The position numbers and the translations under genes were made by a program. A DNA stretch of 64,000 nt from NCBI GenBank assembly GCA_944389585.1, contig CALXMW010000001.1:155435-219434 (forward strand), in the 5' to 3' direction. The notes under the pieces were generated by a model, which was given only the letters and a program-made list of their open reading frames with translations, made no database searches and was not told the origin of the DNA. Positions 58,671-64,000 of the stretch are shown here, piece by piece; positions within the stretch are counted from its first letter, which is position 1; each line of letters begins with the position of its first letter. Origin of the DNA: an uncultured Kiritimatiellota bacterium. GTDB lineage: Bacteria; Verrucomicrobiota; Kiritimatiellia; RFP12; DVOR01.

Positions 58671-58849
58671 GCGCTTCTCAATCAAAGAATGGCGCGTATT
58701 ATACAAACCTTCCAAAAGGTATGCAAGGCTTTTTTTCCTTCCCCGCCGCGCGCCTACCCCACCCTGCGCACGCCCGTGCGCACCCCGGCGGCAGACAAGG
58801 CGGGGCGGGCCGAAGCCCGCCCCAACCCGCCAATCGGCCCATCAGCCCA

Positions 58850-59770
58850 TCACGGCCAGAGCTTGGCGGGGTATTCGCCGGCGGCGACCATCTTCCGGAT
58901 GGCCTCGACGACCACGGGCTTGTCCTCACGGTAGGTGACGCCGAACCACGTGCTGTCGGTGGGCAGCACCTCCACGGTGGCCTGGCCTTCCTTGACCAGC
59001 TCGTCCACGTAGAAGGGGATGTACCACTCGGCCTTCAGCTGGCCCTCATGCGCGTGGAACCACTCCTTGAAGCGCGCCTCCATCCCCTCGAAGAGGGCCG
59101 GCGTGAAGCCCCACAGGTTCAGCGACACGCGGCAATCGCCCTTCAGCGGCACCGGGTTGGCGGGGTCTTCCTCGTTCTGGATGGCGCCGTCGGGCTTCTT
59201 GGCGATCTTCGTCATCTCCGTGACGCCCAGCAGCTTGCCCTCGGGCGAGACCTCGCAGATGCCGCGGGCCACCGAGCCGTTTTCCGAGAGCGTCTGATCC
59301 AGGCGGTAGCCCACCATGGCGAACTGCTTGGGCGTGGCCGTCGCGTCCACCTGCGTCAGGAAGCCGGCCAGGCGCCGGAAGGCGTCGGCCCCATAGAAAT
59401 CGTCGGCGTTGATGGCCGCGAAGGGCGCGTCGATCACGTTGCGCGCCGAGCGGATGGCGTGCGCCGTGCCCCACGGCTTCTCACGGCCCTCGGGGAAGGC
59501 GCACCCTTCGGGGAGGTCGTACGGGTCCTGGAAGGCCAGCTCGATCTTGATCTTCCCCTCGTACTTCGAGACGATCTTCTCGCGGAAGGCCTCCTCGAAG
59601 TCGCGGCGGATGATGAAGACCACCTTGTCGAAGCCCGCGCGGATGGCGTCATAGATGGAATAATCCATGATCGTCTCCCCGGAGGGCCCCACGGAATCGA
59701 TCTGCTTGAGCCCGCCGTAGCGGCTGCCCATGCCAGCGGCCAAAATCAAAAGGGTCGGTTTCTTGCTCAT
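58850..59770 (-). CDS. Sugar-phosphate nucleotidyltransferase (NTP_transferase family), about 306 aa. Divergent from the gal cluster.
   Basis: Start 'MSKKPTLLILAAGMGSRYGGLKQ' (G-x-G-x-R nucleotide-binding loop). Start coordinate ±1–2 nt. The upstream ORF part is spurious. Confidence 0.65.
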   Translation of the reverse strand: MSKKPTLLILAAGMGSRYGGLKQIDSVGPSGETIMDYSIYDAIRAGFDKVVFIIRRDFEEAFREKIVSKYEGKIKIELAFQDPYDLPEGCAFPEGREKPWGTAHAIRSARNVIDAPFAAINADDFYGADAFRRLAGFLTQVDATATPKQFAMVGYRLDQTLSENGSVARGICEVSPEGKLLGVTEMTKIAKKPDGAIQNEEDPANPVPLKGDCRVSLNLWGFTPALFEGMEARFKEWFHAHEGQLKAEWYIPFYVDELVKEGQATVEVLPTDSTWFGVTYREDKPVVVEAIRKMVAAGEYPAKLWP

Positions 59771-59963
59771 GATGCTTCCTTCGTTGGTTCCATACAACAA
59801 CCCTAGTATAGCGCACCCGTGCGCCCCGCGCAACCACCCCGCGCGCCAAGGCGCCCCAGGGCCCGAAAAAAAGGCTTGCGTTTGGGCGGCGCGGGGAGTA
59901 TCATAAGTACAGTCAAACTGGGGGAGGCAAAGGCCGCCCCCGAACGAAAGGGCTATCAGAACC

Positions 59964-61100
59964 ATGAGCGATGACAAGCAGGCGGATCCCATCGTCGAGG
60001 TCGAGCAGTTCGGCAAACTGCCCGACGGCACGACGGTGCTGAGCTACACGTTGAAGAACGGCCTGGGCGCCGAATTGCAGGTCTTGGAATATGGCGGCAC
60101 CGTGCGGCGCCTCGTCGTCCCCGGGCCCGACGGCCAGCCGCGCAACGTCATCGTCGGCCCCGACACCCTCGAAGGCTGGGTCAAGGAGCCCTACTACGGC
60201 CAGCTCATCGGCCGCGTGGCCAACCGCATCGCCAACGGCAAGTTCACCCTCGACGGCAAGGACTACACCCTCGCCACGAACAACGCCCCCGGCGGCCTCC
60301 CCTGCGCCCTCCACGGCGGCGAGCAAGGCTTCAACGCCAAAATGTGGAAGCTCAAGGCCTTCTTCAAGGGCACCGAGAACCTCGCCCCCGAATGGGCCCG
60401 CGGCCAAGGCTACTACGCCGACGACGACGCCTGCCTCCTCCTCTCCCTCGACTCGCCAGACGGCGACCAAGGCTACCCCGGCGCCGTCCACCTGGACGTC
60501 CTCTACGTCCTCACCCCCGCCAACACCTGGCGCATCGTCTACAACGCCACCTGCGACGCGCCCACCCCCCTCGCCCTCACCCAGCACGCCTACTGGAACC
60601 TCAAAGGCTGCGCCAAGGGCGACATCCTCGACCACACCCTGCGCGTGAACGCCACCCGCTACACCCCCGTCAACCCCGGCCTCATCCCCACCGGCGAGCT
60701 CGCCCCCGTGGCCGGTACCCCCTTCGACTTCACCGCCACCCGCCGCCTCGGCGACGACGTGGACGCCGACAACGACCAGATTCGCTACGGCGCCGGCTAC
60801 GACCACAACTTCGTCCTCGACCACGCCCCCGGCCAGCTGGCCCACGCCGCCACCCTCGCCGCGCCCGACGGCCTGGCCCTCGAGGTCTGGACCGACCAGC
60901 CCGGCATGCAGGTCTACACCGGCAACTACATCCCCGACGGCCTCGCCACCCCCGAAGGCCCCACCTGCCGCCGCGGCGGCGTCGCCCTCGAAACCCAACA
61001 CTTCGCCGACAGCGTGAACCATCCCGACTTCCCGAGCGTCATCCTCCGCCCGGGCGAGACCTTCCGCTCCGTCACCGAATACCGCTTCCCCAAGGCCTAA
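59964..61100 (+). CDS. galM: Aldose 1-epimerase (galactose mutarotase).
   Basis: 'GRVANRIANGKFTLDGKDYTL' and 'HGG…GFNAKMW' mutarotase motifs. 378 aa. Confidence 0.8.
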   Translation: MSDDKQADPIVEVEQFGKLPDGTTVLSYTLKNGLGAELQVLEYGGTVRRLVVPGPDGQPRNVIVGPDTLEGWVKEPYYGQLIGRVANRIANGKFTLDGKDYTLATNNAPGGLPCALHGGEQGFNAKMWKLKAFFKGTENLAPEWARGQGYYADDDACLLLSLDSPDGDQGYPGAVHLDVLYVLTPANTWRIVYNATCDAPTPLALTQHAYWNLKGCAKGDILDHTLRVNATRYTPVNPGLIPTGELAPVAGTPFDFTATRRLGDDVDADNDQIRYGAGYDHNFVLDHAPGQLAHAATLAAPDGLALEVWTDQPGMQVYTGNYIPDGLATPEGPTCRRGGVALETQHFADSVNHPDFPSVILRPGETFRSVTEYRFPKA

Positions 61101-61133
61101 GCGCCCCTCCCACCCCCATTGGAGCAATCCCCC

Positions 61134-62459
61134 ATGAGCACTGAAGAAAAACCCTCCATCAACTGGGTCGCCGTCATCACGATGATGTTCCTCTGCGGCA
61201 TGATCGCCTTCGTGACCTACCTCGGCCAGCCCCTCTCCAACGTCTGGAAAGCCCAGGACGCCATCAAAAACTCCACCATGCTGGCGATGCTCGGCAACGC
61301 CATGGTCTTCGTGGCCTACCTCTTCATGGGCATCCCCGGCGGCAAGCTGCTGGGCAAGGTCGGCTACAAGAAAACCGCCCTCATCGGCATCGCCGCCGGC
61401 TTCATCGCCATGGCCGTGCAGATGCTCTCGGGCAAGCTGCCGATGGAAGGCGGCCTCGCCCTGCCCTACGGCGTCTACCTGGTGGGCGGCTTCATCGGCG
61501 GCATCTCCGCCTGCCTGCTCAACATGGTCGTCAACCCCATGCTCAACCTCCTGGGCGGCGGCGGCAAGCGCGGCAACCAGCTGAACATGGCCGGCATGAC
61601 CTTCAACTCCCTCACCGCCACCGTCACGCCGCTCATCGTCGGCTCGCTCATCGGCGCGGTGACGGCGGACACCTCGATGGCCGATTGCGACCTGCTGATG
61701 TATATCGCCCTCGGCGTCTTCGCGGTCTCCTTCGTCATCATCTCCCTCGTCTCCATCAAAGACCCCGAGCAGGCCGTCGTCACCGAAAAGATCGGCGCCT
61801 TCGCCCCCCTCCGCTTCCGCCACTGCCTCCTGGGCGTGCTCGCCATCTTCGCCTACATGGGCGTCGAGGCCGGCATCCCCGGCGTGATGACCCAGTGGCT
61901 CACCGCCGAAGGCGGCCCCCTCGCGGCCACCGGCAACGCCGCGGCCATCGCCGGCTCGGTCGTCGCGGTCTACTGGCTGCTGATGTTCGTCGGCCGCCTC
62001 ATCGGCGCGGCCATCGGCGGCAAGGTCTCCTCCCGCACGATGATGGTGGTCACCTCCCTGGCGGCGATCGCCTTCATCGTGATCGGCACGCTGACCACCG
62101 GCGTCGCGGCCAAGATGCCGGGCATCGTCACCGACGGCGGCTTCGGCGTGAAGATGGTGGAAGTGCCCCTCGCGGCCGTCTTCTTCGCCCTCTGCGGCCT
62201 CTGCGCCTCGGTCATGTGGCCGGCCATCTTCAACCTCGCCACCGAGAAGCTCGGCAAATACACCGCCGCGGCCTCCGGCCTCTTCATGATGATGGTCTTC
62301 GGTGGCTTCGTCTTCCAGATCCTCCAAGGCCTGCTCATCGACTCCGGCATCTCCTACATGCTCTCCTTCATCGTGCCGGGCCTGGCCCTCGCCTACATCT
62401 TCATCTACACCGTCGGCTTCTCCAAGCCTGCCGACGACATCGAAGCGCTCGTCAAGTAA
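61134..62459 (+). CDS. MFS sugar:H+ symporter (FucP/GluP glucose-galactose transporter family).
   Basis: ATG at 61134 preferred over the TTG at 61119. 12 TM. FucP-like 'GIPGGKLLGKVGYKK' loop. Confidence 0.7.
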   Translation: MSTEEKPSINWVAVITMMFLCGMIAFVTYLGQPLSNVWKAQDAIKNSTMLAMLGNAMVFVAYLFMGIPGGKLLGKVGYKKTALIGIAAGFIAMAVQMLSGKLPMEGGLALPYGVYLVGGFIGGISACLLNMVVNPMLNLLGGGGKRGNQLNMAGMTFNSLTATVTPLIVGSLIGAVTADTSMADCDLLMYIALGVFAVSFVIISLVSIKDPEQAVVTEKIGAFAPLRFRHCLLGVLAIFAYMGVEAGIPGVMTQWLTAEGGPLAATGNAAAIAGSVVAVYWLLMFVGRLIGAAIGGKVSSRTMMVVTSLAAIAFIVIGTLTTGVAAKMPGIVTDGGFGVKMVEVPLAAVFFALCGLCASVMWPAIFNLATEKLGKYTAAASGLFMMMVFGGFVFQILQGLLIDSGISYMLSFIVPGLALAYIFIYTVGFSKPADDIEALVK

Positions 62460-62486
62460 CCCCACCCCCTTACGAAAGGTCACACC

Positions 62487-63665
62487 ATGCAGAATCAGGA
62501 AGTCTACGACGAACTCATCGCCAAGTTCCAGGCCAAATACGGCCAGAAACCCCAAATCGTCGCCTACGCCCCCGGCCGCATCGAGGTCCTCGGCAACCAC
62601 ACCGACTACAACGAAGGCTACGTCTTCTCCGCCGCCATCGACAAGGGCACCTTCTTCGCCGTGAGTCCCTCCGCCGACGACACCTGCGAGCTTACCGCCG
62701 CCGACCTGATGGAGACCGCCAAGTTCACCACCTCCACCTGTGCTCCCGCCAAGGAGATGACCTGGCAGAACTACGTCAACGGCACCTTCAACTGGCTCTT
62801 CGACGGCAATCCCGCCGCCGCCCCCCACGGTTGGAAGGGCATGTTCCTGGGCAACATCCCCCTCGGCGCCGGCCTCTCCTCCTCCGCCGCCCTCGAAATG
62901 TGCACCGTCCTCGCCCTCGCCAAACTCTACGGCATCGACAAAGACAAAACCACCATGGCCAAAATCGGCCAGAAGGCCGAGCACACCTTCGCCGGCTGCC
63001 CCTGCGGCCTCCTCGACCAAGCCTCCTCCATGTACGGCCAGGAAGGCTGCCTCGTCAAAAGCGACTTCCGCACCAACGTCTTCGAGACCGTCTCCATGGG
63101 CCCGGCCGTCTCCTTCATGATGGTCAAGTCCAACGCCAAGCACGCCCTCGTCGACGGCGCCTACGCCTCCCGCCGCAAAGCCTGCGAAGACGCCGCCGCA
63201 CACTTCGCCAAAGTCCTCCGCAAGCCCGTCACCCACCTGCGCGACGTCACCATGGCCGAATGGGTCCTCTACCGCGACGGCCTCGACGAAACCACCGCCA
63301 AGCGCGCCGTCCACCCCATCGGCGAAGACGAGCGCGTCCTCCAAGGCACCGCCCTCCTCGAGAAAGGCGACGTCAAGGACTTCGGCGCCCTCATGTTCGA
63401 CTCCCACGAGTCCAGCCGCCACTGGTTCGAGAACTCCTGCGAGGAACTCGACCTCATCGTCGACACCGCCAAGACCATCCCCGAAGTCTACGGTGCCCGC
63501 CTCTCCGGCGGCGGCTTCGGCGGCAGCTGCTGCCTCCTGGTCGACCCCACCGCCGCGGACAAGATCGCCGCCGCCATCACCGCCGCCTACAAGGCCAAGT
63601 TCGGCGACGAACCCGTCTGCCAGCTCATCAAGCCCTCCCAAGGCGCCCACATCGTCCAAGGCTGA
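62487..63665 (+). CDS. galK: Galactokinase.
   Basis: 'APGRIEVLGNHTDYNEGYV' galactokinase signature. GHMP 'PLGAGLSSSAALE'. 392 aa. Confidence 0.85.
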   Translation: MQNQEVYDELIAKFQAKYGQKPQIVAYAPGRIEVLGNHTDYNEGYVFSAAIDKGTFFAVSPSADDTCELTAADLMETAKFTTSTCAPAKEMTWQNYVNGTFNWLFDGNPAAAPHGWKGMFLGNIPLGAGLSSSAALEMCTVLALAKLYGIDKDKTTMAKIGQKAEHTFAGCPCGLLDQASSMYGQEGCLVKSDFRTNVFETVSMGPAVSFMMVKSNAKHALVDGAYASRRKACEDAAAHFAKVLRKPVTHLRDVTMAEWVLYRDGLDETTAKRAVHPIGEDERVLQGTALLEKGDVKDFGALMFDSHESSRHWFENSCEELDLIVDTAKTIPEVYGARLSGGGFGGSCCLLVDPTAADKIAAAITAAYKAKFGDEPVCQLIKPSQGAHIVQG

Positions 63666-63779
63666 CCCCAGCCTCCCCCCAAAAAAGGCTCCCCGCCCCA
63701 CCCCGCCTAACGAAAACGAAACTTGCCAAACCCATCGGCAGGTGCTAAACTTATTTATTTATAAATGAAGGAGAAGCCG

Positions 63780-63956
63780 ATGGAAACCGCAAGACTTTGC
63801 CTATTGCTCGCCGCCGCCTGCGCGGCGCAGGGCCTGCTCGCCGCCACGTTCAACGTTTACCGAGGCTCCGTCTACGTGGCCGGGCCTTTCTCCGACCTGC
63901 GCCAGGCGTGGTTTTATGCCCTGCAGCAGCCAGAGACGGGGGGGGTACACGATTAG
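63780..63956 (+). CDS. Small secreted hypothetical protein (58 aa).
   Basis: Strong RBS 'GAAGGAGAAGCCG-ATG'. Signal-peptide-like 'METARLCLLLAAACAAQGLLAA'. AT-rich -10-like sequence upstream. Confidence 0.35.
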   Translation: METARLCLLLAAACAAQGLLAATFNVYRGSVYVAGPFSDLRQAWFYALQQPETGGVHD

Positions 63957-64000
63957 ATGTTCGGGTAATTGGGACTTCCCCGCGCCTGAGGACGACTATG

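Overview
This is a high-GC (about 70%) bacterial chromosomal segment, densely coding on both strands. PEP-CTERM, many prepilin-type proteins and a Tat-signal sulfatase point to a Verrucomicrobiota/PVC-type genome; that placement is an inference.

Genes in order:
- 3' part of secA, a VWA-domain protein, the CCA-adding enzyme and an orphan MalG-like ABC permease.
- tmRNA (ssrA, minus strand, tag ANDNFAYAA) with a near-consensus sigma70 promoter.
- A minus-strand operon of PEP-CTERM protein, secreted protein and Tat-signal sulfatase.
- A long minus-strand type II secretion / type IV pilus-like operon. It runs from a large prepilin and two pseudopilins through PilM/N-like, PilO-like, GspE, GspF, a lipoprotein and a secretin to a PilT-like retraction ATPase.
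- A HemN-like radical SAM enzyme, an ECF transporter (S, T and fused A/A') and a flavodoxin.
- An ABC exporter, an alkaline phosphatase-superfamily phosphodiesterase, a leaderless GspG-like protein, an RpiB–GlyA fusion, RluA, an aminotransferase, an AsnC regulator and tRNA-Gln.
- dnaB, bamA, skp, hisI, a double GT2 glycosyltransferase, a SixA-like phosphatase, an NSS and an MFS transporter, a MerR regulator and tRNA-Thr.
- An MBL hydrolase, a C10-type cysteine peptidase, a TetR–MFP–RND–OMP efflux operon with a lipoprotein, and a galM–sugar MFS–galK cluster facing a divergent nucleotidyltransferase.

Non-coding structure worth a second look:
- A roughly 300-bp element bounded by 21-bp inverted repeats, with three perfect hairpins inside.
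- A 40-bp palindrome plus a C10 homopolymer upstream of the PEP-CTERM gene.
- A roughly 65-nt repeat, (GAGAACG)n heptads plus a GCCCCKCAGGGGC hairpin, present twice. One copy encodes the secretin signal peptide; the other spans a stop codon and the flavodoxin upstream region.
- A tandem array of 23-bp units carrying a perfect palindrome (ACCACTATAGTGGT) between pilin genes.
- A markedly AT-rich divergent control region.

Many very long ORFs in the track (Gly/Ala/Arg/Pro-rich, antisense to real genes) are GC-content artefacts and were ignored. My reading of the printed sequence and the ORF-track frames disagree by one base in two places (around 35.2 kb and 59.8 kb), so a few sub-ORF start coordinates are ±1–3 nt.
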